From positions 1-64,000 of IMG/VR virus record IMGVR_UViG_3300030333_007172: DNA of 64,000 nt. One strand, given 5' to 3'. Of this stretch, positions 21,551 to 31,033 are shown piece after piece (within the stretch, counting starts at the first letter, position 1; every line of letters begins with the position of its first letter). The position numbers and the translations under genes are program-made. The DNA is from a virus. A model generated the notes under the pieces. The model was given only the letters and a program-made list of their open reading frames with translations, had not been told where the DNA came from and searched no databases.

Positions 21551-23263
21551 TTACAACAGAACTTGTGTGGATTCTTCCGGGGGCGCCACTAAGTGTAGAT
21601 GTCCATCATGATAATAGCAATCTCGAATTCCGGGAATCATGTTGATTTCTGGCTCCGCTTCTCCATTATATATGACATCTAGAAGAAAATCTCTATTGGC
21701 AGAGGTGCCCATACTTCCGCCAGAGACTGAAATATCAAAACCAGTTCCAGCCATGTGACCTTTTGTTGGTGGATTGTTTCCATAATATTCATTAAGCACA
21801 GCTAAAGATTCTGCGCTACCGCCTTCTGCGTAATCACATTTAAGCCACTCTGTTATCCAGTTTCTGCCTCCATATAATAGCCATATGTGATAACATTGCA
21901 TTGGCATGTTGATCTTGCCGGAGGACGGGTAACGAATCCACATATCTCGAAAATGCGGGTCGGCCGCGGCTCCAGTGTTGGCTGCATCGCCAGGGGCGCG
22001 GCGCCATGAGGCGGGAACTCCGTGAGGCCAAGTATAATTGGCCCAATTTATTAATTCTTTACAATTTGTTAACGTGTTGCTTGTTTTGCCACGGCAAACA
22101 TCGTCGAGCCAATCAGTGCCATTTTTTTTTGGAGGGGTTTGTAAATTAGGAGTTACTCCCTCGTTTAAATTCTCAACTGCCGATGAATAATTTTGCAGAC
22201 ATTTGCCCAATTGCCAATTCTTGTCAACGTTAGCATTCGTCATGCCTTCTCTAGAAGACCAGTCTCCAATCGCTTGGTACCCCCAGGAACCGGAATGATC
22301 TCCACCACCCCAAAGAGCGTTCCAAGCTCCAAAATTTCTGTTACGCAAGGTCATCATAGCGGAATCTTGAGAAGCTATGCTGCGATATCCAGAAGTTATT
22401 GTAACTTTCCACGGAGTTCCAGAAGTATAGGATATACCAGTTCTTTCCGTGGCGCCGCCAGTACAGCCACGCAAATTTTGTCCATATTTAGCATTGTAGT
22501 GGGGCACAGTGGATACTGTTGATTCAGATAGATGTCGATTTACTGCCGCCATTACAGCATTGAGCCATGCAATTGCCCCTGGAAGAGCTTTGTGGCGGCC
22601 GGGATTTAAAATATATGGTCCGCTAATTCTCTGCAATCTACTTTCTATTGAAACAGAGTCTGTAGGTACTATTTCTCTAATTTCTCCAGTGGTTGATCTT
22701 TCCTCCCTTGGGTTAAATCCTCTGAATGCAGCCGATAAAGAAGCACAATTTGTAGTAGTAGATGCTGAAGAAATAACCGCACTGTTGACGATCCCTTTAA
22801 AAGTTCCATACTGAAGATTGAACTTAACATCGCCAGCCTCTAACTCAACCTCTACTAAGTCTCCTATTGATGGTTTTGCTCCTGTATATCCCACTTCAGA
22901 TATAAATGTTGTATGCATACTTATTAAGTCTAAGGTTGTCTGTGTGTTGACAGACGTGTCTAATCGACACGGATCGGGAAGATAGTGGTGCGGAGAGGGA
23001 AGATCTCCGCCAACAATTCTACCTTTAAATTGAAATCTAGAAACAACTGTTGCGCCATCATCATGACTTCTTCCATAAAAATCATCAATTTGGGTACTGC
23101 TCATAGGCACTGGTTCTGCCAATACAATAGCTTGAAATGTCGTTTGGCTTCCATAAACATCCATACTAATAGCATCACGAGTAGATGCATTATTAGCTTC
23201 AGTGGCCATGTCAGGAGTTGTAAGTTCGCTAGGGTCAATATACCTTCGATTACGTCTTCCCAT
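21551..23263 (-). CDS. Baseplate-associated protein: gp5/VgrG-like OB region plus M15-family (DD-peptidase fold) zinc peptidase
   Basis: KPSIGDLVEVE (gp5 OB-like); ITSGYRS, H-x6-D (HMAGTGFD) and HLH zinc ligands; probable tail-associated peptidoglycan hydrolase. Confidence 0.65.
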   Translation of the reverse strand: MGRRNRRYIDPSELTTPDMATEANNASTRDAISMDVYGSQTTFQAIVLAEPVPMSSTQIDDFYGRSHDDGATVVSRFQFKGRIVGGDLPSPHHYLPDPCRLDTSVNTQTTLDLISMHTTFISEVGYTGAKPSIGDLVEVELEAGDVKFNLQYGTFKGIVNSAVISSASTTTNCASLSAAFRGFNPREERSTTGEIREIVPTDSVSIESRLQRISGPYILNPGRHKALPGAIAWLNAVMAAVNRHLSESTVSTVPHYNAKYGQNLRGCTGGATERTGISYTSGTPWKVTITSGYRSIASQDSAMMTLRNRNFGAWNALWGGGDHSGSWGYQAIGDWSSREGMTNANVDKNWQLGKCLQNYSSAVENLNEGVTPNLQTPPKKNGTDWLDDVCRGKTSNTLTNCKELINWANYTWPHGVPASWRRAPGDAANTGAAADPHFRDMWIRYPSSGKINMPMQCYHIWLLYGGRNWITEWLKCDYAEGGSAESLAVLNEYYGNNPPTKGHMAGTGFDISVSGGSMGTSANRDFLLDVIYNGEAEPEINMIPGIRDCYYHDGHLHLVAPPEESTQVLL

Positions 23264-23556
23264 TAATTATCTCCTTTTTGTATTAAATCGAATAAGCTCT
23301 CTTTATCGCTTTCGGTTAACTCTAAACTTTCAGGATTAGATTTTTGCTTTAACGATATAATCTTAACTAACTGCTCGTTGGAGCGCTGCATTGTTTCAAT
23401 GTGTTTTGCTGCAACGGGGCTTAAACTTCTATTGTGTTCAGCATCCAAAGCAATTTGATTGGCGATCTCATTTAAGAATTCTTTAGCAATCTTTCTATCA
23501 TTTCGAATATTATCGAGCGCTTCAGTGATTAGTAAATCTAGACTTTTGTTACTCAC
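23263..23556 (-). CDS. Hypothetical helical protein
   Basis: 97 aa ORF with overlapping start/stop codons on both sides. Confidence 0.6.
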   Translation of the reverse strand: MSNKSLDLLITEALDNIRNDRKIAKEFLNEIANQIALDAEHNRSLSPVAAKHIETMQRSNEQLVKIISLKQKSNPESLELTESDKESLFDLIQKGDN

Positions 23557-24263
23557 AGTAAACCATTCTCCCAGTCATTTTTAAAAGTAGAATACCTTTT
23601 TCTAAATTTTTTTAAAGAGTTTACTATCTGCTTAGTATTTAAGCCAGTTATTTCTCTAAGGTATAAATAAATAGCCTTTTTGTTAAAAATGTCAATATCT
23701 TCTTTTGACTCAAAAAGAATGTTAATTGCCTTATAAACTTTAAGATCGTTGTCTTTCATTTGACTTTCATCCCACGAACGTATTTCCTCATAAAACATTT
23801 TCCAGAATTCATCTTCTTCTCGTTCAGTAATATATGATTCAGTTGTAGAAAGGAATTCTTCTTCATGAGATTTTGATATATTATCAAGCTCAACTTCACG
23901 TAAGTTTTTCTTTTGTTGTTTTTTAACCTTGTGTATAAACCAGTTTTTAGTAATCACCGAAAAATAAGAAAAAGCTTTAGACCCTTTTGACGGATCATAT
24001 TTTTCTAAAATTGTCATTAGCCAAATTTTACACTCTTCTCGCAAAGAGTCACAATTTGGAAGATTGGTAAATTTATAAGTAAAAACTATTTTATCAACCA
24101 TTTCATTAAATGCAGGTCCAATATATTCTACATACAATTGAGTACGCTCTCGCATACAATTAGACTTAGTATATTGAATTATTGCGTCTTCATGAACTTG
24201 CGTAAAGTAATAATTCTTTTTAGCTTTGCTTCTGCGCTTCTTCGCTGGCTTCTTCGTCGTCAT
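23553..24263 (-). CDS. Phage-encoded sigma factor (gp55-like late sigma)
   Basis: NYYFT...; region-2-like LEKYDPSKGSKAFSYFSVITKNWFI; C-terminal HTH-like LREITGLNTKQIVNSL. Confidence 0.75.
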   Translation of the reverse strand: MTTKKPAKKRRSKAKKNYYFTQVHEDAIIQYTKSNCMRERTQLYVEYIGPAFNEMVDKIVFTYKFTNLPNCDSLREECKIWLMTILEKYDPSKGSKAFSYFSVITKNWFIHKVKKQQKKNLREVELDNISKSHEEEFLSTTESYITEREEDEFWKMFYEEIRSWDESQMKDNDLKVYKAINILFESKEDIDIFNKKAIYLYLREITGLNTKQIVNSLKKFRKRYSTFKNDWENGLL

Positions 24264-24582
24264 CGTTTTCTTCTTCTACGTTGCTATCTTCCTGTGTCTG
24301 CTCTGTAAGCGAATAGATATATTCAAAAGTATCCATTTGCTCATTAAACGAGACTGCGTGCTCTAATAGGTGTTGTAACGTAGGATCTCCATAAAACGTC
24401 TCTAGTTCATATACTACTTTTAAATGTGCAGTAAAACTATTGACCATTTGTTGAAAATCCCCCAACTCTTCAGAAACCGACAACAATCTTACTATTGCGG
24501 CCCTGGCATAGACAAAAACACCTACATTAAACAACACAGACAAGGTTAAGACAGCGGACAAAATTATTTCAAGACGGCTCAT
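24220..24582 (-). CDS. Hypothetical membrane-anchored protein
   Basis: 120 aa; N-terminal hydrophobic helix, acidic tail. Confidence 0.55.
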   Translation of the reverse strand: MSRLEIILSAVLTLSVLFNVGVFVYARAAIVRLLSVSEELGDFQQMVNSFTAHLKVVYELETFYGDPTLQHLLEHAVSFNEQMDTFEYIYSLTEQTQEDSNVEEENDDDEEASEEAQKQS

Positions 24583-24832
24583 AGGTCTCCTTTTTTGCTT
24601 CTTCTTGTTGTTGCTTTAGTATCTCTTTGTTCGCTTCAATATATTCTTGTGTAAGAGCACCAATTGGTTCATCTTCATCTGCTTCAGTTTTTATAATAAT
24701 AGCAGAAGATAGCAGCTTTTGCATCTGTCCTTTGGCGCTACACAAGGTACACGTATCTATTTTTTCACTTATAAGGTGAAATATCATTTGTTCTTTTTTA
24801 CAAGCATTACATTGATAGCGATATCGTGGCAT
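24569..24832 (-). CDS. FmdB-family zinc-ribbon protein
   Basis: MPRYRYQCNAC...CTLC...MQKLLS. Confidence 0.8.
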   Translation of the reverse strand: MPRYRYQCNACKKEQMIFHLISEKIDTCTLCSAKGQMQKLLSSAIIIKTEADEDEPIGALTQEYIEANKEILKQQQEEAKKETYEPS

Positions 24833-25038
24833 TATTCCACGATGTTCTTTAGTTGCTCTTCATTTACTTCTGTATTGTCGAGCCTAACCGTAGGTGGATT
24901 TTTAACCACAAGTCCTTCCTTGTCGTTTTCCAACTTAAATCCTTTAAGCACTGGGACGATATCAGTCTGATGCATAAGTGATTCCTGAAGCGCCATCATA
25001 ATTGCGCCCAGGGCTTGGTTAGATAATTGCATTTCCAT
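24832..25038 (-). CDS. Hypothetical protein
   Basis: 68 aa; SD AGGAG upstream; stop overlaps the next start. Confidence 0.6.
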   Translation of the reverse strand: MEMQLSNQALGAIMMALQESLMHQTDIVPVLKGFKLENDKEGLVVKNPPTVRLDNTEVNEEQLKNIVE

Positions 25039-25049
25039 TATAATTTCTC

Positions 25050-26051
25050 CTATTGTTTTTCTACTTGGGTCTTTACCCAGTCATAAGTAATTTCCATTCC
25101 TTCTTGCAAAGGCTGTGATACAACCCATCCGACTTTTTCTTCATATAAAGTATTGTCAGAATTGCGACCATTTACGCCAACAGGGCATCGGTGCCCATAC
25201 TTTGCTTCGAATTCTTCGCCCTGAATGTTATAAATTGACAAATCTTTTCCAGAAATATCAATAACCATTTGGGCAAAATCATTCATTGAAATCATTTCTT
25301 CGGAACCAATATTAACTGGTCCAACAAAATCTGAATGCATTAGACGGTAAGTTGCTTCTACGCATTCATCTACATACAAAAATGATCTTGTTTGGGTTCC
25401 TGGTCCCCAAATTTCTACCGAGGATCCATCTTCTGCTTCGGCAACTTTTCTACAGAAAGCCGCAGGGGCCTTTTCGCGACCCCCAGTCCAAGTCCCACAA
25501 GGTCCAAAAATGTTGTGATATCGAGCGACTCTAACTTCTAGTCCCTTATTCCGCATAAATGCAAGGAACACGCGCTCAGAAAAAAGCTTCTCCCAGCCGT
25601 ACTCTGAGTCAGGGTCTGCTGGATATGCAGAGTCCTCAACGCAGTTTGGATTGTCGGGATCTAGTTGGTTGTGTTCTGGGTACATGCATGCAGAGGACGA
25701 GTAAAATACTCTCTTGACATTTTTCTTTACAGCTTCATGCACTACATTAAGGTTAACCAATGCAGAATTGTGCATAATATCTGCGTCGTTCTCGCCTGTA
25801 AACACGAATCCTGCGCCACCCATATCAGCGGCCAATTGATAGATTTCATCCATCTCTTCATCAATTACAGCAGCGACAACATTTGGATCTCGTAAGTCTC
25901 CAAGTACAAAATCATCTGCAAACTCATGCACGGGATGAAATTCGTTCTTCTTTAGGTCAACTCCGCGCACCCAATATCCTTTGGCTTTTAAAAATTTAAC
26001 GAGGTGTCCGCCAATAAAACCACCTGCTCCGCATACTAATGCCTTCTTCAT
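25050..26051 (-). CDS. GDP-mannose 3',5'-epimerase-like NAD-dependent epimerase
   Basis: GAGGFIG, QLAADMGGAGF, YSSSACMYP, YGWEKLFSE, RYHNIFGP, GGREKAPAAFCRK, GRNSDN are characteristic GME motifs. Confidence 0.85.
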   Translation of the reverse strand: MKKALVCGAGGFIGGHLVKFLKAKGYWVRGVDLKKNEFHPVHEFADDFVLGDLRDPNVVAAVIDEEMDEIYQLAADMGGAGFVFTGENDADIMHNSALVNLNVVHEAVKKNVKRVFYSSSACMYPEHNQLDPDNPNCVEDSAYPADPDSEYGWEKLFSERVFLAFMRNKGLEVRVARYHNIFGPCGTWTGGREKAPAAFCRKVAEAEDGSSVEIWGPGTQTRSFLYVDECVEATYRLMHSDFVGPVNIGSEEMISMNDFAQMVIDISGKDLSIYNIQGEEFEAKYGHRCPVGVNGRNSDNTLYEEKVGWVVSQPLQEGMEITYDWVKTQVEKQ

Positions 26052-26060
26052 TTTAACTCC

Positions 26061-26834
26061 TTAAATAGTATATCCCAACAATCTTAATTCAGATGCATAC
26101 GTCTCATTAAGTTTGTCAATGTGTTTAGGATTAATCCAATCTTTCCAATTCTTTTTTTTTCCGACATATACATGTCTACCGTGCAAACCGCTGTGGTGAT
26201 CGCCTTGGGAAAACTCTGTAAATGTTAATTGTAATTTAATTGCTGCTTCTTTGCCAAAGTTATTGTTCATATAACTTCTTTGCTCGTGAGTTATTTCTAC
26301 TAAATATATATCTTCAATAATATCATAAATATAATCTAAATTATCGTTAAATTTTTCATATTGCAGACAAAAAACATTCTTTTCTCCATAAAGCTCTTTA
26401 TAAAGCTTAAGATATTGACTTTGGCTCATCTCGCGGCCGAGGTGCTCTAAAAGCCAATCAAAATGTTGTGCCGGCATATATTGATACATATTATCATTAT
26501 CTGGCCATGGAATCCAATAATCTGGCGCTGGTGGAAAATTGTCAACAGCCACTCTCCATCTTGACACGAGAACATCTCTAGGGTCGCGATAAGTTAGAAA
26601 TACTTGTGGAGGAGCAGCAGCATTATTATTGGTTCTAAAATCAACGGGCTCGTGAGTTTTCCATGCTGTGTGGAAGAGGTGGGACAAAATTCTCCAGGCG
26701 AGAGTGGTGCCAGTTCGAGGGGAACCTGAAAGCACTACTTCTTTGTTGATGAGCGCGTCTGGTTTAATGATCGCATGCGCAATATCGTTATATAGAAGAG
26801 TTTCGTACCCGTCAATTGTTTTCTTTTCAATCAC
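26061..26834 (-). CDS. Sulfotransferase-like protein
   Basis: 5'-PSB SGSPRTGTT; 3'-PB YRDPRDVLVS; YE motif. Confidence 0.75.
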   Translation of the reverse strand: MIEKKTIDGYETLLYNDIAHAIIKPDALINKEVVLSGSPRTGTTLAWRILSHLFHTAWKTHEPVDFRTNNNAAAPPQVFLTYRDPRDVLVSRWRVAVDNFPPAPDYWIPWPDNDNMYQYMPAQHFDWLLEHLGREMSQSQYLKLYKELYGEKNVFCLQYEKFNDNLDYIYDIIEDIYLVEITHEQRSYMNNNFGKEAAIKLQLTFTEFSQGDHHSGLHGRHVYVGKKKNWKDWINPKHIDKLNETYASELRLLGYTI

Positions 26835-27276
26835 GTCTTGTTTCCATATGTTCTTGCCACAATAGGGGATAATCAGTACATATGCCTGCTATGTGTTGTG
26901 GAATGCTCCTTGGAGAACCTAGTTCTACTACAAATGCATTTTCTATAAAAATGTTAGGGTAGCACCAGATGTCTCCGCTGCTTGTTAATGTCATTTTATC
27001 TTTTTCGTGCCAAAACCAATTTAGTTTACTGTTTTTAAACTTGACAATGCTTTCAAAATTTTTACAATGAATCCACATTTTATCATTAAAAAATAATTCA
27101 TCAACTTTATGTTGAGGTGCATCATGTCCTAAAAAATAATCATTATTTATTACCCACACATCTACTTCAACATCTAGATCCATATTGATTGCTTTTTGTA
27201 TTTGTGAAGGCACATTCTCTATTTTTTCATCTGGGCCATGTAACAAGCCACGATGTGCTATAATTTTAAAAGTCAT
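26827..27276 (-). CDS. PLC-like/GDPD-fold phosphodiesterase (short, glycan-locus type)
   Basis: IIAHRG, ENVP, DVEVDVW, LGHD, WIHCKN, GICTDY. Confidence 0.75.
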   Translation of the reverse strand: MTFKIIAHRGLLHGPDEKIENVPSQIQKAINMDLDVEVDVWVINNDYFLGHDAPQHKVDELFFNDKMWIHCKNFESIVKFKNSKLNWFWHEKDKMTLTSSGDIWCYPNIFIENAFVVELGSPRSIPQHIAGICTDYPLLWQEHMETRRD

Positions 27277-27877
27277 ATCCGAATTCTTTTATATCGAGTC
27301 TATAGAAGTCTGCCACAGCATAGGCCATTTTTTCATTATAATATTGTCTATAATATCTAGAATCTCGACCATGACCCATTGTTTCGTTAATCATTCTTAA
27401 TGAACCTCTTTCTTTGTTAAGAGCCGTGCAGATGTCTGTGTAAGCTTGTTCTAAGTTTTCAAATCTTCCCACATAATCAGTTTTCATTTCGCCGGCGTAA
27501 GATAAAAAATAAACTTGAGGTTTAAAAAATAAATTCTGACTCCACAAAGAATCTTTTAAGTTTAAACACAAATTTTCAAAATTTCCAAACTCGCTAACTA
27601 ATAGTCGGTTTTCACAACGATGATGTCCCGAATATTGATGATTGCGCTTACGTGTAAAATCTCGCCACAGAGAAGTTAATCTATCCCATGGATTTCTTAC
27701 AATAGAGAATTTATAATAATCGATATGTTTTAAATAATCATGAGAAATAAAATGCTCTAAATTGTCATGATAAAGCGCTGGCTCCTCTGAAATCTGAAAT
27801 CCTAAAGCGTTTGTTAGTGCTTGTGAGGCTGTTTTAGGGATTGGGATGTGTATAAATTTTTCTTCATGGTTAATCAT
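27266..27877 (-). CDS. Sulfotransferase family 2 protein
   Basis: FIHIPIPKTASQ, FSIVRNPWDRLTS, DYVGRFENLE, YRLDIKEFGYDF. Confidence 0.85.
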   Translation of the reverse strand: MINHEEKFIHIPIPKTASQALTNALGFQISEEPALYHDNLEHFISHDYLKHIDYYKFSIVRNPWDRLTSLWRDFTRKRNHQYSGHHRCENRLLVSEFGNFENLCLNLKDSLWSQNLFFKPQVYFLSYAGEMKTDYVGRFENLEQAYTDICTALNKERGSLRMINETMGHGRDSRYYRQYYNEKMAYAVADFYRLDIKEFGYDF

Positions 27878-28637
27878 TATTCTTTCTCCGATAAAACTCT
27901 TCTTGTGTTATTTGACGAGGGTAATTCCATTTGGCTCCCCATAAATATTTTTCATAATTTTCAATTGTCAATAACTCTACATTGTAAAGTTCTTGCCAAA
28001 AATCTTCTATATTAATACAACCAAATATTTTCATGTCTCGATATGACAAAGTTTTTAAAACAAGAGGCGCCCACGATGGAGGCGGCACTAAATTACTAAG
28101 GTGGTTTCTAGGTAGCTCGTGGTCTTCTAACCAGTTGTTTGCATAGTTTTGAAGCCCTCCATGATTGCAGTCCCAACGTTGCCAGCTTTTAAGCAATACA
28201 TCAAGAGGTCCGTATAGAAATAAATCACCAATAAACATACTCTTTAAAGATGTCATTTCAGTTACAACCATTTTTGTACCCTCTTCCGTTAAGATTTTGT
28301 GCATTTTATCGCAAATATTAGGAACAAGACTCGGGCAGTCTGCGCGTGATTTAAACGCATGGGTAAAGCCTTGTTGCCGGGCATGCAAGTACCCTAAATA
28401 TACAAAATAGGGATGACCAGAACCAAACTGTTCTTCTCGGATTACGTGCTCCCAGTGGACAAAATCTACTTTCTCTATTGTTTTACGATGAAGTGGCAAT
28501 CCGTGTCCTGTTAATATGATATAAGCCTCTGGATTTAAACGTCTAAAAGTGTCTACTGTTTTTTCTACTATATCCAGCTTTTGTTCTTGTCCGTTTCTTA
28601 TCAACACATGAGTTAAAACTATACAGTTATTTTTCAT
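27870..28637 (-). CDS. Putative glycosyltransferase (GT-A/WavE-like)
   Basis: FKSRAD and GDLFLYG echo the WavE-like KxRxD...DxxxxG pattern; cluster context. Confidence 0.45.
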   Translation of the reverse strand: MKNNCIVLTHVLIRNGQEQKLDIVEKTVDTFRRLNPEAYIILTGHGLPLHRKTIEKVDFVHWEHVIREEQFGSGHPYFVYLGYLHARQQGFTHAFKSRADCPSLVPNICDKMHKILTEEGTKMVVTEMTSLKSMFIGDLFLYGPLDVLLKSWQRWDCNHGGLQNYANNWLEDHELPRNHLSNLVPPPSWAPLVLKTLSYRDMKIFGCINIEDFWQELYNVELLTIENYEKYLWGAKWNYPRQITQEEFYRRKNND

Positions 28638-28647
28638 ATTTTTTTTA

Positions 28648-29808
28648 TTATCCTATAGTCTTTTTCATTCGAGTCATGTGGCGGCCACCATCAAAGCTAC
28701 TCTTTTTCCAAATCTTAATCATACTATCTAATTGAGCTTCGGAAACGTATTTTTCAGGAATAGCAAAGAAATTACAGCAATTGTGCCGAATGGCATACTC
28801 TGCCGTATATTCATCAATCACTAAGGCAGATCTAACGCCATCTAAGTGATTAGCTAGAATATTAACGCCCTGTCCTGTGCGACAGAATCCCATGGCAAAA
28901 TCAGAAGTTTTTTGATTCATTGCTGCAACGGCAGCACTTACATATTCATTGTAATCACAATCTTTTTTAACATATGTGCCGAAATCTATATAAGGAACAT
29001 TGTTTTTTTCTAAAAGACTCTTCGCAACTTCTTTCATGCGAAAGCCTGAGTGATCACAGCACAAAGCAATTGGCTTATCGCCAAATCGGGCCGTAACATG
29101 GTTTACAAAAAACTCTAACTCAGGAGGTGTTCCAAGCACATGCATTTTTTCTACTTGTTCAATTCCCACCTGCATGTCATCAGCTATCATAAGGTTATAC
29201 ATTGGGCAGATATAAAACTCCCCTTTTGTTCTGATGTTGCGCGAAATCATTTCCTCTGCATATTGGACAAACATTCTTCCAGTTTTATAATAATAAACCC
29301 CTACCGCAGCATTTTGACTTATAACATCTTTCTCAGCGGTTCTAATAGCTAAATTATTTTCATCTAACTCGACATAACTGTGTGCTGGGCTATTAGCTTT
29401 AAAGGTCAGAATAAACCCATCTAAATCAGAAGGTATTGTAGCTGGATTAAACTGATTTTCAAAATACACATCTGGGGTATAAATTATAAGAGGCAGATCA
29501 TTGTTGATGTGCTTTTTAGCTAATAAACAGGTTGACACAGAGCCGTCAGTTACTCTGTCAATGACAACAATTTTGATGTCATCGCCAAATTTGTTTCTTA
29601 AAATATCATCTATAGAGAAATTATTAATGTGTTCTAGCCTCACAGCAAAAATAATATTACACTCTGTTGTGTCAATCGACTCCATAGACCAATCTATAAT
29701 ATGCTTATCCTTAGACATGATTAGCGGTTTGGGCATTGTGTACCCTTTATCTAAAAATCTTTGCGCTCTACCAGCTATCGGCAGAAGTAAATTATACTTT
29801 TTGTTCAT
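28648..29808 (-). CDS. Sugar-phosphate nucleotidyltransferase fused to RpiB-family sugar-phosphate isomerase
   Basis: N-term LLPIAGRAQRF...PKPLI...AEK...GEFYICPMYN...LGTP; C-term (from ~29077) CCDHSG, CRTGQG, RHNCCN, FDGGRH. Confidence 0.85.
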   Translation of the reverse strand: MNKKYNLLLPIAGRAQRFLDKGYTMPKPLIMSKDKHIIDWSMESIDTTECNIIFAVRLEHINNFSIDDILRNKFGDDIKIVVIDRVTDGSVSTCLLAKKHINNDLPLIIYTPDVYFENQFNPATIPSDLDGFILTFKANSPAHSYVELDENNLAIRTAEKDVISQNAAVGVYYYKTGRMFVQYAEEMISRNIRTKGEFYICPMYNLMIADDMQVGIEQVEKMHVLGTPPELEFFVNHVTARFGDKPIALCCDHSGFRMKEVAKSLLEKNNVPYIDFGTYVKKDCDYNEYVSAAVAAMNQKTSDFAMGFCRTGQGVNILANHLDGVRSALVIDEYTAEYAIRHNCCNFFAIPEKYVSEAQLDSMIKIWKKSSFDGGRHMTRMKKTIG

Positions 29809-30505
29809 TTTTTGTCCTATTAATTAATAAATTTGTGGTTTCTACCATTGCGTTTTTTGTGCTATCAATTAAACCGCGAGAATAGTAATTATTTATAGCA
29901 AAAGCAGCATATATATCACCAGCCCCATTAACGTTTAAATTTTTTAAAGGTTTTTGAGATTCTTTGTGAATTATTTTTCCTTTCTCAATGATTTCAAATC
30001 CGGCCGCATCATGCAACACTAACGGCGTTTTTAAAGTTATATTATTGTATAAAGCTTTTCTTTCTCTAGAGTCAAAGATAATTTTAGCAGATTGCATTAC
30101 ATGCGTGTACATTTCTCTTGATAATTCGGTACAAAAATCTATGCTATAGGGTATTTTAATTTTAGATAACTCACTATAACACTCAATGTCGTCGACATAA
30201 CATACATGCAACCATGCTCCTTGATTAATCGCATTGATAGATTGTTCAGACATTATAGAAGGAGATTGATTAAGAACATAAGAAGTTCTTGTGCTAGTTG
30301 TACGGTCACTAACAATATAAGCTTTCTTTTCTCCCGTTGTAATAGGGTTCAATTTCCAATTGTTAAATTTTACTTCAAAAAAATTGGCTACTCCGCCTTG
30401 TTTTTGAACAATATTAGAACAAGAATTAGTTTCCCCTTCTTTATTTGACTCAACAAACATAATTGTATCCGAATAGTCTTTTCCAAACAAAAATAAATCG
30501 TTCAT
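29792..30505 (-). CDS. PfkB/ribokinase-family carbohydrate kinase
   Basis: N-terminal GGVAN and C-terminal NVNGAGDIYAA anion-hole motif. Confidence 0.75.
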   Translation of the reverse strand: MNDLFLFGKDYSDTIMFVESNKEGETNSCSNIVQKQGGVANFFEVKFNNWKLNPITTGEKKAYIVSDRTTSTRTSYVLNQSPSIMSEQSINAINQGAWLHVCYVDDIECYSELSKIKIPYSIDFCTELSREMYTHVMQSAKIIFDSRERKALYNNITLKTPLVLHDAAGFEIIEKGKIIHKESQKPLKNLNVNGAGDIYAAFAINNYYSRGLIDSTKNAMVETTNLLINRTKNEQKV

Positions 30506-31033
30506 TTAAAATTTTTCTTTTTTGTCTAAGGCTTCAATCTCTGCCATTGTGCAATCTTTTATCTGTTTTCTTTCTAATAAAATATCAACTAACTTGGCAA
30601 TAACATTATTACCGCCATTGCGAGGAATTATATTCTGTATTGGGCAAAAATGTTTTATAATGTCGGGAGAGTCTTGGGGACAAAAAGCGTGTCCAACTAA
30701 TTTCATGATAGATAAATCAAATAAGTCATCACCAATATACAACATTTCACTTTTGTTTACTTTATAAATTCTTTCAAAATCTACAACAAAATCTGCCTTA
30801 TCTTTGCCTCTAGCAGAGTAAAAATCTATATTTCTATTTTCGGCCATAGCTTTATTAACACGCTCATCACCAGAAAGAAAACATACTTGTACACCGGCGC
30901 CGCGAAGTCTTTTAATTGCTGTAAAATCTTTATCGCAATATGTTTTTGCAAATGGAATACCATCTAGTCCGTAATATTTACGACCATCGGTCATAATTCC
31001 ATCAATATCTAAAATAGCAAGCTTAACACTCAC
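30506..31033 (-). CDS. KdsC-like HAD phosphatase
   Basis: LDIDGIMTDG, KD..AIKRL, YIGDDLFDL, GGNNVI. Confidence 0.8.
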   Translation of the reverse strand: MSVKLAILDIDGIMTDGRKYYGLDGIPFAKTYCDKDFTAIKRLRGAGVQVCFLSGDERVNKAMAENRNIDFYSARGKDKADFVVDFERIYKVNKSEMLYIGDDLFDLSIMKLVGHAFCPQDSPDIIKHFCPIQNIIPRNGGNNVIAKLVDILLERKQIKDCTMAEIEALDKKEKF

